DNA of 64,000 nucleotides from assembly GCF_036321535.1 (NCBI RefSeq), contig NC_087472.1, positions 93,436,001 through 93,500,000 of the forward strand, read 5' to 3'. Positions 13,818 to 27,040 of this stretch are shown here, piece by piece. Within the stretch, counting starts at the first letter, position 1. Each line of letters opens with the position of its first letter. The translations under genes and the position numbers were made by a program. The notes under the pieces are model-generated. The model did no database searches. It saw only the letters and a program-made list of their open reading frames with translations, and was not told the DNA's origin. This DNA is from Camelus dromedarius. Its lineage: Eukaryota.

Positions 13818-14285
13818 ATGGAGGACATTATGCTAAGTGAAATAAACTGGACAGAAAAACAAATGTTGCATGATGTCATTAATATGTGTAATCTAACATA
13901 TTAAGACTCACAGAGTCACAGGGTAGAATGGTGGTTGCCAGGAGCAAGAGGGAAAGAAAAATAGGGAGATGTTGGTCAGAAGGTTCAAAGTTTCAGCTAT
14001 GTAAGATGAATACCTTCTGTTGATCGAATATACAATACACAACATGGTGACTATAGTTAACAATATTGTATTGTGTACTTGGAATTTGCCAAGGGGTTAG
14101 ATCTTAATTGTTCTCACCACAAATAAAAAGAGAGAAAGAAAGAAAATGGTAACCATGAAGTTATGGATATGTTAATTGGTTTGATTTTGGTGATCATTTC
14201 ACAATGTATACAAAACATCAAATTGTAAATAATAAACATATACAGTTCTTATTTATCAACTATGCCTCAATAAAGCTGAAAAATA
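13818..14285 (+). mobile_element. L1MA-type 3' end
   Basis: ggaggacattatgctaagtgaaataa...gtagaatggtggttgccagg...catggtgactatagttaacaat...ctcaataaagctgaaaaa. Confidence 0.9.
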
Positions 14286-14679
14286 GGCAAAAACACAAAG
14301 AATGGGCTAGAAAGAAATATATTATCAATTATTTAATTCATAAGCTTATAAAAATATAGATTAATAAGCCATCAAGCACTAAAGCAGGCAGTAAGGATCA
14401 AATGAAATTGAAACTAAGTATCTTCATCAGGAATGTAATTATCTGAGAAGAAATGTTTGAAAGTAATAAAAACCTTTGGTTAAAAAGAGAAATGGGATAT
14501 ATTAGTTTAATTGTTTTTTAATGAAAAAACTATCAAGAGAATAAAATAATATATTCCAGCTAGTAATAATATTATAATATGTTGGCTTCTTTCACAGGAA
14601 ATATCCATTTTAATCATAAGAATGTTTCCTTTTTTGTGGATTTGCTTTGGTAACTTTTTAAACTAATGTAAGTTAGGCT

Positions 14680-14880
14680 CTTCCACATTTATTATTATTT
14701 TAACTCACATAATCATTCTCTAAATTGTGTTATTATTTCTGTTTTTGTAGATGAGGAAACTGAGGCTCAGAGCAATTAAATAACTTGCTCAAGGGTACAC
14801 AGGCATTGTGTTTCTTGGATTTCACACCCACATCAGCCTGACTTTAATCCCATATTTTTTCTGCCTTAACTCTCTAGCAT
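14680..14880 (-). mobile_element. MIR SINE
   Basis: tttttgtagatgaggaaactgaggctcagag...taacttgctcaagg. Confidence 0.85.
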
Positions 14881-15604
14881 TTAGTGAAAGATGATTCATT
14901 AAAATATAAAGAAAATTGAAATAGCCAAGACCACTTTCAGTGAAAAATGAGATGGGATTTTTCTTAGTGGCAAAATGGATTTTGAACTTTGCTTTGTAAT
15001 GAAATACTAACCCTTTACAAATTGGAAGTTGTTGATCTTTAAACCATGGCTCATTTCAGTTTACTGAAGGGGAAAAAAATGACTAAAAATGGAAAGAAAG
15101 AATATAATGAACACTGCTTTTATCAATGTTCTGGACAAAAAAGTAGCTGATTAATTGAAAAATTTCAACTTTCACGTACTTTCTCTGGTACTGAATAGTT
15201 TCAGACACATTTGGCTTAAAACTAGCTGATTCCTTTGAGACCTTTTTTCTATCCCCAAAGCTGCAATGCACCTTAAGAAACCCTCCTTGGCAGGAGTCTC
15301 AAAGCTGCTGCAGCATTTTGTATGGCAAAATATCTGACAGGAGCTCCTCTCACTGGGACAGCCATTAGAAGCCCAGGAAATATGCCAATAGAATAAGTCA
15401 TCCATCAGCCTAGGAAGATGTGCCTCCTTGCCTTTTTTATTTTATTTTGAACAGAATCATAAACTAAATGTGTGCCATTGTCATTGATATCTGAAAGAAT
15501 TTTTTGAAGTGTTATGTAATTATTTACTAAACTATTTAATAAAGGAAACAATTTGTCATGTTAATTAATTAATCAGTTATTTAGTACACTCTTATTGCTC
15601 CATA

Positions 15605-15787
15605 ACAGAGATTTGCAAAAGTGCATAAGAATCACCTGAGGTTCTTATTAAGTGCAGATTGCTGGACCCCAACCTTCGAGCCTCCAATTTAAGTTTGGGG
15701 CAGGGCATGATAATTTAGATTTCTAACAAGTTCCTAGGTGTTGCTGATGCTGCTGATCTGGGGACCATACTTCAAGAATCATTGGTC
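15605..15787. mobile_element. MER5A-like hAT-Charlie DNA transposon
   Basis: agaatcacctgagg...tgcagattgctggacccc...ttctaacaagttcctaggtg...gggaccatactt. Confidence 0.85.
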
Positions 15788-15947
15788 TGAAATATATGTA
15801 AGATTTTTAGATTTGCAAGCTAAGATTCTTCATTGGTCATTTATATCACTTAGAATCCTTTATATTGAAGAAAATATAGATATGCAAACATAACTTTTTT
15901 AAAAGGCTGTATCTCCAACTGGTTTGTTAACTGACCTTTGAACATAG

Positions 15948-16140
15948 ACCTTCACTGTCCAATACAGTAAACATTAGGAGCATGTGGCCATTTAATTAAT
16001 TAAAATTAAGTAGATTTAAAAGTTCTGTTCTTCAATTACACTAGCCACATTCAAGTGCTCAAAGCCACATGTGGCTAGTGGCTACTAGGTTAGACAGAGA
16101 AGAACATTTCCTTCATCTTTGGGAGTTGTATTGGATAGTT
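15948..16140. mobile_element. MER3-like hAT-Charlie DNA transposon
   Basis: ctgtccaata...ctagccacattcaagtgctc...ccacatgtggctagtggctac...tattggatag. Confidence 0.85.
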
Positions 16141-16249
16141 AACAGAGTCTTCCTCAACTTTTTTAAGTTGCCTAAACCCAGGCTAGCCTTAACATAAACA
16201 GAGCAGGCAGGTCTGTGATGTTATTTCAGGCATCTGGTCTTCCTCAGCA

Positions 16250-16325
16250 CCCCCCCCCCCACCACCACCTTAGAGCATCTGTGCATGCATACATGTACAC
16301 ATATACATGCACACACACACACACA
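16250..16325 (+). repeat. Poly-C run followed by imperfect (CA)n microsatellite
   Basis: Directly visible. Confidence 0.8.
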
Positions 16326-17087
16326 ATTTTATCATTCAATATCTCATATCTAAAAGTTAACCCCAAGTCTTGGATCCAGTTTAAAGATACACACATTGGG
16401 AAAGAGTTTCCCTTACGTGTTTTAATCATTTGCAATTCTGTAGGTTTAGGAGTTTCCTGAAGTTCTAATTTGACGGTATGGATGATAGAGAAAATTAAAA
16501 ATAAAAATGAAATAATAAAACATATTTCGATCCTGGGATGTTGAAACAGAGGAATATACCATTCAGGAAGCATGTAAAATATAGTTTTACTTCATTTTCT
16601 TCTAAATCAGCCTGAATATTATATTGAATCCTCTGTATGGCACCAATTTGGCTATGAAGACTAAAAAGCAGGGGACTGTAGCTTTCTATAAGGAATGCTG
16701 TACATTCATATCCCCACTCTACTTACTTTTCTGTGACATTGTGTAAGTCTTTGGATCTCAGTGCCTTGTTTATAAATGGAACCAACATGATTGTTGTAAA
16801 GAGGACATGAAGAAAGTATGTTTGAATGTATTTAATATTCTGTCAAAGCTTATGCAGATTCTGTGTATTGCATTTCTCTCATGCTAAAACTTGATATTCT
16901 GGTTGTGAAAGAAAGCTGATAAACAGCTCATGAGACAGTATGGCAGTACAATCCCAGAAATTCTCATCTTCATCTCTGTGAAATAGGGCTGCCAGCTCAG
17001 TGCACTTTGCAGCAGTGTGCAAAGATAAACAATAAAGTATTTCAGCCTTTTAAAGCTTTATACATTTAACTTAGAAATATAAGAAGA

Positions 17088-17654
17088 ATGTATCCAGGCA
17101 GGATGACTCTCTGTTCTTTGCCTACTCCTGTCAGATACCCAGCCCTTGCATGTGAGTGACTCTCAGTGTTCTTTGCCTACTCCTGTCAGATACCCTGCCC
17201 TTGCATGTGAGTGGAATCTGTGACTATAATGAGATACTACTACCTTACATTTCATGGCAAAAGGGATTTTGCAGATGGCATTAAGTTCTTAAATTAGTTG
17301 ATGTTAAAATAGGGAGATTATCTTGGGTGGGTCAGACCTAATCAGATGAGCCCTTAAAAGATGCTGAGCACTTCCTACTACAAAAGATTGGAAATGTGAT
17401 GGATTCAGTGAGAGGGAAGGTCTCTGTTACTGGCATTGAAGGTGAAGGGGACTATATGGCAAAGAATGTATGAGGCCTCTAGGAGCCGAGAGTAGCCCCA
17501 GATGATAGCAAGTAATGGGGGACCTCAGTCCTTATGAGCTGAAAACCCACTTATGCTAGCCCAAATTCTGACATATAGAAACTAAGCTAATAAACTGGTG
17601 TTTTAAGCTGCTAGATTTATGGCATTTTGGTACAGGAAAATAGAAAACTAACAC
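17088..17654 (+). mobile_element. MaLR solo LTR (MLT1E/D-like) with a ~54-bp tandem duplication near its 5' end
   Basis: atggcaaaagggattttgcagatg...agggagattatcttgggtggg...aatagaaaactaacaca. Confidence 0.85.
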
Positions 17655-18498
17655 AGTGGACTGGCACTCAGGAGGTTGCTTTTTAGTATCTATTGAGAGT
17701 AGGAGACAGTTTGCAACATTTCTGTACATAAAATATTTTAGATCATAGCAGATTATTCATATTTAGTGTGGTTCAATTCCTCAGGATTTGGAGGAGTTAA
17801 GGGGAAGAGAGTATGTGGTGAGTAGACAATGATTCCAAGCCTCTAATTCAGTATGTCTGGGTGTGTGGCCTGCAGTTAAAACTACTAGGGAATGTCTGTC
17901 AATGGTTACAAAGAAAAAAGTTAATTAAAATCAAGACTACTTGGTCCATACAGTGAATCTTATGAAATTTTATGGATGTGCTATATGAGAATCAGGTAAG
18001 TTCCTTTCCAAAACTGAGAGAGAGAAAGGCACAATATATATGTCTGTGATCACCAAAGTGTCAATAATATCCTAAGCCTTCTTACAATTCCTATGTCTTC
18101 CATTCAAAATGGTAATAACATACAACATTCTGGAAGAAAAAGAGTAAACCTTGTCACACAGGTGTCTGTATTTTGAAACATCTGATATTCCTAAATGACC
18201 ATGATTCACCTTGTCCTGATCTTGGACTTATTTATTGAGGATGGTCAGTTACCATACAATGTATTTTTGGTATTCAAGTCAATTATCTGCAAAGTTAAGA
18301 AACAAAAAGAAGTCATACTGAAGACTGCTTATTAAAAGCCATCCTCCCTTAATATCAGAACCACAGCAATGATTGGAAGATTGAACATTTTCTATTCCTT
18401 CTCAGTTAATTATAAATTTTCCTCTAACATTAATTAGACTACCATATTTTTATATATCTCAACACCCATGAACCCATATTTTAAATAATTCCTTAATG

Positions 18499-18578
18499 TG
18501 ATTCTATTATAGCTGATTCATTGATCTACTTTTGAGAATTTGATTCTATTACAGCTGGTTCATTGATCTACTTTTGAG
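18499..18578 (+). repeat. Direct tandem duplication, 42-bp period
   Basis: 18499-18536 tgattctattatagctgattcattgatctacttttgag vs 18541-18578 tgattctattacagctggttcattgatctacttttgag (2 mismatches in 38). Confidence 0.95.
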
Positions 18579-18759
18579 GGATCATTGATAAAGAACACTA
18601 ACAGTGGTGGAGAAGTAATTTGATTAGACCTGCTACCATAGTCAAGATGAGAAAGTTACCACTTTTGCCTGTGGAATGAATCAATATCGGTAGTGAACTC
18701 TAGGTATAGGGATATTCCTCTTGAATGTTCTCTCCAAGCATATAGTGCTGTTTCTGAGG

Positions 18760-18938
18760 ATAGTTCCATGGACCACCCACATCAGAAGCACCTAGATAGA
18801 AAGCTTGTAAAAATGCACACGCCTTGACCTCATCTCAGGCCTATTCAATTAGAGCCCTTGCTTTTAGTGCCCAAGAGTCTGCATTTTAAAGAAGCTCCAT
18901 ACAAGATTCTTAGGAACACCCAAGACAAGAAACAGTGA
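18760..18938. mobile_element. MER5-like DNA transposon
   Basis: catcagaagcacct...cttgtaaaaatgca...gtctgcattttaaagaagctcc...gattctta. Confidence 0.7.
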
Positions 18939-19510
18939 TAAATGGAGGCTAAGAAGTAGAATTGTTTTGTTTCCTAGGGAAGTAGAGCCCAGACCTCTTC
19001 AATCTCAGCATCCTATGTCTTCTGAGCTTCATGAGGCTTACCTTAATGGCCTCTGTTCTTAAGTATGATGACAAGTCCAACCTCAATACTGAATGTCTTT
19101 CTACCCTCTGTCAACAACGTATCACAAGTAAGGGACTATTTCCAACTTGTCTTTAGTTTCGCAAATCTCTCCACTTTTTTCCATTTTTATTCATAAGAGT
19201 AAGTCACGTAGGATACCTTTGTATATGATGTTACTGTTTTATCCCAGATGAACTAAGATGCTAGGCATATTTGGAAGGTTTTGTGCCTCAGGACTCCCCA
19301 GTCCTGTTTTTTTTTATGAAAGCATAACAAAAATGTAAAAACCTGAGACTTTTCAGTACAAAGCAAGCTTCATGAGAAGTTCTCTTAAGTCATGTTATGA
19401 AATCATTTGATTAGCCTGAAACTTATGGGAATCTAAATAGGAATGATTAATTTGGGTGCTAATGGATGAAAGGAGCCCCTTAAAAAAGGCAAGAGATGAG
19501 CTTTCACCTA

Positions 19511-19513
<3 letters not shown>

Positions 19514-19560
<47 letters not shown>
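19514..19560. repeat. (TA)n microsatellite
   Basis: Pure TA run. Confidence 0.98.
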
Positions 19561-19565
<5 letters not shown>

Positions 19566-19708
19566 TTGGATCCTGAAGATGAATAGACTTGGAATTATAC
19601 TGCCACAGTGTTACATTCAAACCCTATGCGTCTCAGTTTTGTCTCCTATAAATTTCATGTGTATGTGTCTCAATTTTGTCATCTGTAAAATTCACCTGCC
19701 TTTAAGGT

Positions 19709-19809
19709 AGGTTTCCAGATAAAATATAGGATGTGCAGTTGAATTTGAATTTCAGATAAACAAATAATTTTTAACTGGGCATCCTGTACTTTGCTAAATC
19801 TCACAACCT
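19709..19809. mobile_element. MER53-like palindromic hAT MITE, centre deleted, inserted in a MIR (~19600-19900)
   Basis: ccagataaaatataggatgtgcagttgaatttgaatttcagataaac joined to tttaactgggcatcctgtac...ttgctaaatct...caacct. Confidence 0.8.
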
Positions 19810-21274
19810 TAGTTTAAAGATAAAACTGCATAGGTCTAAGGATTTTTGGAACAATTAAATGAGCTGGCACATGCAAAATGCATAAATGAATGCTTGGTAA
19901 ATATCTGACACCATTGTATGCATTTTCCTACTTATCCTCATCTTCTGTTCTAGTTTGGGCAATCTGAATAGGTGGGAGCTCTGATAAGAAGAGATCCACT
20001 TGTCTTCAGATTTTTCCATCTGACTAAATACAACTTTTATAGTTAAATTGCTGTTAGTTTTCATAGCTTAGCTATTTGTAAATTCCCATATTCTACCTTG
20101 AAAAAATTAGAAGCACAGAAGAGATGAACTAAACATTATTTTATTTAAGCCCTGGAACAGGTTAATAAATATATCTAATAACAATAAAGGAAAAATCCAT
20201 TTTGTTGATACAAAATATAGAGGTTAGATATGAAGTATAGTACAGAGGAAGTAATTTATTTGGGGTATATCTTAAAAATTTCTGTAAAACCTCATGAAGT
20301 TCCATCAATAACTTTTTTCATAATGCAGAAATATTTCGAGAAGATAAATAGTGGCCAGTTTCTGTACCACTTCTTTGTAAATGAAAACGGTGTTTTAGTT
20401 GTGATTTTTGTGCCATGAATTTTCATACAGAGAGACAACAAATATGTATGTATTTTAATTTTTAACTTCATATTAGATACTTATATAAATAAGTCCAAAT
20501 TTACTTAGTAAAATAAAAATTGGAGGTTTGTTTGTTATCATGTACATCAAATTGGTGATTCAGTTTTGAGTTGGGCTCTGTTCAATAGATCAGATTAATT
20601 GGAACTTAGTACAGTTCAGGAAATACTGCAAAGTGATTTTCAATTGTTCTCAGCGGATGATTAGGAGAACAGTAATTTGGGGGGCCTTTTTGATCAAATA
20701 TCCCAATATTTTGGACTGAACATGTCTAATATTAAATAGCTGAGTACAGTTTGCTTTCACAGACAGAACAAAGGAAGACGACACAAATTGCCTTTGGTAA
20801 TTTTAACTCATTGAGGAGATAAGTTTGTATTTATTTCACTTTCTGGAGTTTCAAGAGTGTTCTTTAATTCAGGGTCCAAATCAGTTTTCCAAATATCAAA
20901 AGATTTTTAACTAACAAATGAATAAAATTTTTGTAGAGATGCTGTATTTTTTTTATCACCAGACTGCGTGGTCCTCAATTTCTTCCCTCTTCCAAAGTTT
21001 AAGGACCTTTGTGTGAGGGACAATGAGAATAATGTGAAACAGGAAGCCTAGAATGCTAAAGGAGAAAGGGTTCTCTCAACAATTGACCATTTCAAATTAC
21101 AATGGGGGTAGTTGCCATTAATTTGGGTTCTCCCTTCCCAAGCTCTTCTTTCCAATAGAAAAGACCATATCTTCTAGCAGTAGCCTTGTTCCCATTGTGA
21201 CACCCCTTGATGATTCTATGCCTAAGGAGTCAGAATGCCTTAGGGATGTCAGAGGAATCACTTTGGAAGATAAC

Positions 21275-21520
21275 ACAAAGCAATAAAAACATTTACTGAG
21301 TGCTTCAATTTGCCATGCAGTTGTCTAAGTACTACTCTACATATATTAACCCTGTTTATATTCTCAACAAATCTTTGAGGTGGATAGTATTATCCTCATT
21401 TAAAAGATGAGGTGAATGTAATGCAGAAAACTTAAATATCCTACCTAGTGTCACACAAGAATGAACTTGTGGAGATAAGATTTGAATCCAGGCAGTGTGA
21501 TTCCAGAGCCCCTCATAACT
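21275..21520 (-). mobile_element. MIR SINE
   Basis: aacatttactgagtgctt...tattatcctcatttaaaagatgagg...gatttgaatccaggcagtgtgattccagagccc. Confidence 0.85.
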
Positions 21521-21674
21521 GTAGGAGATAGTCCTTCTTCATAACTCCACTTTTTCCTATCAAGGAACTATTATTACTATTGAGTGGAATTAAATTTGGG
21601 AGCAAAACATTTAGCCTAAATTATTGTCTTCCTTATTGTCTGTCACATGTCTGTAATTTCCCAGAACATTCAAT

Positions 21675-21890
21675 AATTCATCAATGTTTATTGAGCATCC
21701 ACTACAATTGAGGGGATTATTTGAGACTTCAAGGTTAAAGATATAAATAAAATACAGTTTGGTATTAGGAAAGTCAACTATTTAAAATGCAAAGTCAGGG
21801 ATGTGTTAGAAACATATAATGTGTGTTAGGGAGTAGAAATGAATAAGGTCCTTGATTCTGCCTGGGCCCTTAGGAAAAGCTTCCTTTAGA
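21675..21890 (-). mobile_element. L2 3' end
   Basis: attcatcaatgtttattgagcatccactac. Confidence 0.6.
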
Positions 21891-24800
21891 TTTTCTCTCT
21901 AAAATTATATGGTTTTAATATCAACATTAACTTAAGATCTTGATTGCTGACATCAAGGTTCTGCAGCAATCACATTCTGCCTTTATACCAGGACATCAAT
22001 AATGAGCCACACAAAATTTTCTGTATTATAAAATACTATCTATTTATATAATTTTGGAACTTGCTCTACCAGTTATTATTCATAGATCCTACTAAGCAAA
22101 CACATAACTATATATCCATAGTATTTAGTAATGGCTGTAATCTTCTTCATCTAGGGATGACCTTGATATACTTCTGTTGTTCTGCCCATCCACACTGGGA
22201 AAGAAATGTTGGAAAGTTTCTTTAAACTTATAACATTGGCATTTCTCTGCCACTGTTGCTGGCCTCTCAATCCTCTCTATAATGGTATCTTAGTGTCTTC
22301 AGAAGATGTTTTACATTATTGCATGTAAATGGGCATATACTGTCTATACTGTGTATATGTATGTATGAGTGTGCATGGAGACTGGTTTGGGGGCTTTGGG
22401 GAACAGAAAGGTTTTGTGTTGTTACTTGTGATAATAAAATTACCTGAGGTAACTGGAATTGCTATGCCTGGTTTAAGACATACAGTAAGTTGGTACAGAA
22501 AAAATATCAAACCTTGAATTATATTTATAGGGTAATATTCCATCTTTATTTTACAAGCATGTTTATCTTTATGGGTGGTTCAACTTTTGATTGAATCACC
22601 TGTACCAAAGAGAAAGGTAGAAGTGGTTATATTAAATCATCCAATAGGCAACTGAGCGGCTATTCCGTAATTAACCTTGTCGTAGAGACTTCTGATTCTC
22701 TTCCATGTCCTTCTCACAAGTAACCCAAAAGGACTACGCTTTCTTAATTTTTTGCAGTTAATGTGGGACTGTCGTGGCTACTTCTTGATGATGGATTGGG
22801 GGTGAAAGTTACTTAGGTCTTGGCTTACTTCTAGACTGAAGGATTTAATCACCAGAGCAAGACTCTCTAGTGCTTTTCTTTCCTTATTAACTTAGGAGAC
22901 TTCATGCTCCAGATGGTATAGGGAGAGTATGATGGAGCCTTCATCAGCCTGGAATGGTGTATTGGTACATAGAATATTGCTGACCTGAAGCTGCCCAGAC
23001 CTACAAGGAAATTTGTATGTTGTGTTAAGCCACTGATATTGGAGCTTCTGAATAACACATCTTAACCAGTCTATCCTAGGTTATGTGTAACACACCCTAA
23101 TTAATCTATCCTGTTTAATGAATATTACAAGATACATAATTATACAAGCATTTGTTTTAAAGTTGCCTTGTTCCTTTGGAATTCTTGCTCTGTTTTGAAT
23201 GTCTGGTGAGATTTAAAATGAGGCAGCTAACAATTACATTACAAATATATCACTGACTTCAGTTTTATAAAATGATTCCAAAGATATCATGCCATTTGAT
23301 TTCCAGTCTATATAAAAATTCAGTGAGGAAACTGAGGCATAGAGAATTTAAGTGACTTTGTGGAGTACAGATGATTTTTCTTGCTTCTGTATTCCTTCCA
23401 TTTTGCTAGTGTTAATAAATATACTTTTTTGTGTGTGAAATAGCCATATCATAATCAATCTGATGACAAAAGGAAGAATGAAGTATGGTTTGATATATTT
23501 GGATCTTCAGAAATTCTTTAAATAATCCCATAACTATTTTTAATGCTATTAATATCATACATTCAAATAATATAAGGATGTTGCTTATAGCTTTGCTATA
23601 TGTTCCACATGGTTATTTGGTGGGTTCATCAGAAAGGATGTTTTGAACCCCAAATTGCCCCCCCCAGGAGAATTTAATTAGGGAAAATAGATTCTAATGA
23701 TGATAAAACCTCAGGGTCATACTTATAGTAATGATGCCTGTATTACATCATCTTGACTCTATATCTTTACTGTAGCTTGCCTCTACATAAAAAATGTAGC
23801 TGTGATCATTTGCTAATTTGCAGGGAAAGTGACCCTTTTAACATTGACTAAGGGAAGAAGAAAAAGAAATTCCCCTTTATGTTCTTTTTATCCCTTTATA
23901 ATTTTTGGTGGTTAAATTATGGATGGAGTATTATGGCATATAATAAACACATTAGATCTACACACTAGTAAATATACCTCCCCTCCCACCCGTAACATAT
24001 GCACAAGAATACACACACACAGGAAAATGCAGACTCGGTAAATGGCCATTTATCACAGATTTCATACAGAGCAGAAGAGTACTCATATTTTTTTTTCTTT
24101 CTAGTTTGCTTTTCTAAACAGTTCAGGGTATATGACAATGAGATGACACAGATATATTACTCTGTGGAGATATGTGCATTCACGACATTGGCAAGTGGTT
24201 TGAGATTGATGACACAGAACTGCTCTAGCAGTTGATCTGGCATTGTATGCTCTTCTCCTCTAATGAAAGAAGGAGCTACACATGGATCATAATTATCAAG
24301 GACTATCTGTTACTGTCGGTAACAAAAGGAAATCACATTCAGTTTCACTGTGTGTGTATTAGATATTACTGCTGAAGATTAAATAAAGGGAACGTATTGT
24401 AAGTTACAGAAGGAATACATTAAAAATTAGCTGAGATATTTATAAGATGCCACAATAGGAAGCAAAAGTTCATGGCATTTTCCAAGGTAATGAAGATTTT
24501 GGCATTGAATATGACTTACATATTCATGCAATGGTAAATGTTTTCCTGTTTCAGAAGTTTATTTTTATAGAAAAAGGCAACAAGCATGTAATTGCTGGTG
24601 TTAAGTACATTAGGGGAAGTAACTAAGCAGATGAAATCTTTCTGAACATTCTTCAGCATTGTAAAAATACAGTTAATCATGTGGCCATATCGTTGGGTAC
24701 ATGCCCTGTTTTTTAAAAAAAACAAAAACCTGAATAGGAAGAACAAATATTTAAAAATGTTTTTAGTGTTAAGAGAAGCAAAAACAAATACTGTGTTTTT

Positions 24801-25759
24801 GGCAGGGAATAGAGATGTATGCAATTTAATCTAAATTCTATAAATCAGGATGATTTCACTACGTTGTTTTAAAAATCTCTTTAAGTTCAATATTATTTAA
24901 CTTTGAAATGGAAATGATATACGTAAATACTATTTACATTACTAGATATAATTTTTCAAGTATTTGTAATAATGGAAGGGAACATGGAAAATACTGGTTG
25001 CAAATAAACTTGGATTTGGAGTTGTAATCACCTATTCACAACCTCAGCATGCAGCTAATTAGTTTTTGTGTTACATTTTAAAATTATCTTAGCTATACCT
25101 ATGCTAATGTTAGAGGGCCTGAGTTTGTGATAATTTATTAACTGAGGAGAAAGTGAGTGATTATCTATCACATTAATCAATTGCTCCAATTGATGAGAAT
25201 GAGCAGAAAGGACAACCAGAATCAAGAGCTCCGTAATTCCCAGTGGCTACCGCATGGTTTCATTGCAGCAGCTCTTTTGCTTTGACTGTATGCATTCAGC
25301 AGCAGGGTTGGGTCCCCAACCATTCCTTTTGTTGTGTGTTCATGCTATACTCTGAAGTCCAGTTTCAGAGAATCTCCATTTGCTAATTTTTGGTTTGTTT
25401 GTTTATTTACTTACTAGTATGGCAATTAAAATATGTTTCTTATAAGTCTAGACAGTAAGTTCATGCATACTTGGTAGTTGACAATAAAGAGGGTTGAGCC
25501 GTCAATATATGTTTGATAAGGACATTACAAAACAGGAGTAGAAGTGTCTGGTGAACACAGGGTTTAAGAAGGTATTATAATAATTGAATGCTATGTTTGG
25601 TATTTTATTATTATTATTTTACTTTATGATATTTTTATTTCTCCTTTTTGTTATTTTTCTGGACTAAGTTGCTTTACATTTTTTTCCCTCTGTCACTTAA
25701 AAAGAAAAACTCTTAAAATTTTTTCTATTGGTGATAGGATGACTGAACTGTTTGACATT

Positions 25760-26312
25760 ATCATGTATTATCCAGGATATGGAGTTTTAGAGCACTTACA
25801 TTGCTAGTGATGATTTAAATTTGCACAGCTGTTTTGGAGGAAATACCTAAAATTATTTGTTTAAGCTATGCAGCAACTTAAGCAACTTATTTTATTCCTG
25901 GATATATACTCAGCAGAAATAAGTATTCATGCATGTACAAGGCATATACAGCAATGATCACAGAAATTTTGTTCCTAAGAGTTGAAAGCTGAAAACAACC
26001 TAATGTCCACCAAAGGATGAATGGATAAACAACATGGCTTAATTTCAGGTATAACATTAAGCAAAAGAAGTCAGGCACAAAAGAGTACATACTGTATGAT
26101 TCCATTCATGTGAAGTTAAACAGACAAAATTGATCTGTGGTAATAGAGAGCAGAATGGTATTTATCATTGTAAGAGGATGCTGCTGGCTGGACAGAGGCA
26201 CAAAAGAGACTTCTGGGATGCTGAAGATGTTCTGTAACATGATCTGGGTAGTGGTTACATATGTGAATAGATGTAAAAATCTACAGAAATTTAATGTAAT
26301 TCCTCAATTAAG
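25760..26312 (+). mobile_element. Old L1 3' end (L1MD/ME-like)
   Basis: aaaacaacctaatgtcca...gaatggataaaca...gagtacatactgtatgattccattca. Confidence 0.8.
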
Positions 26313-26854
26313 AAATGTATACTGGTAGTTGTATATAAATGTCAACCAATTTTGAGTTAATATTTCTTTATTTGACAATGCTTAGAGTTAAACTGGACCT
26401 TCTGATATTTTCCATGCCCAGGTATGAAAAGAAATTGATACTTTTTCTCTAAATGTTTTTGGTATAAGCTGAATTACAGACTCAGTATTTTATCTTAACT
26501 TTTAAACATTATTTTGGTTTCTGTTTTTCTTACTAATTTAAGCACTGATTTTTCTTTGTGATAACATTTATAACAATTATTTAAAGTTAAATTTTTACTA
26601 TGGTTTAATCATTCCTATCATTCTGTGTCTCCCTTGTTCTTGAGTTTCTTTGATTCATCTCCAAATACTCTGTCAAGGTTGAGTGATCTATTTTCTGAAT
26701 CCTTGCACATGTGACACTTCATATATAAACAAAACCTCTTCTAGGGATGGGATTCTTTTTCATCCCAAACTGTACATACTCTTTCTTTGATTTCTTCCCT
26801 GTAATTTAAAACAGGAGACAACAGATTAGTAAGTTTTTTCCTTCTTTAAGTTAT

Positions 26855-27000
26855 TTAGAATTTTGTTCAGCTTCATTGAGGAATAATTGACAAATAGAAA
26901 TAGTATATGTAAGGTATAAACAGAATTTTTTGATACATGTATACATTGTGAAACGAGCTAATTAACATATCTGTTACCTCATATAGTTACTGTTTTCTTC

Positions 27001-27040
<40 letters not shown>

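Noticed and set aside
17104..18578. Direct repeats as a CRISPR-like array
   Set aside because: Two unrelated two-copy duplications with no spacers, in mammalian DNA.
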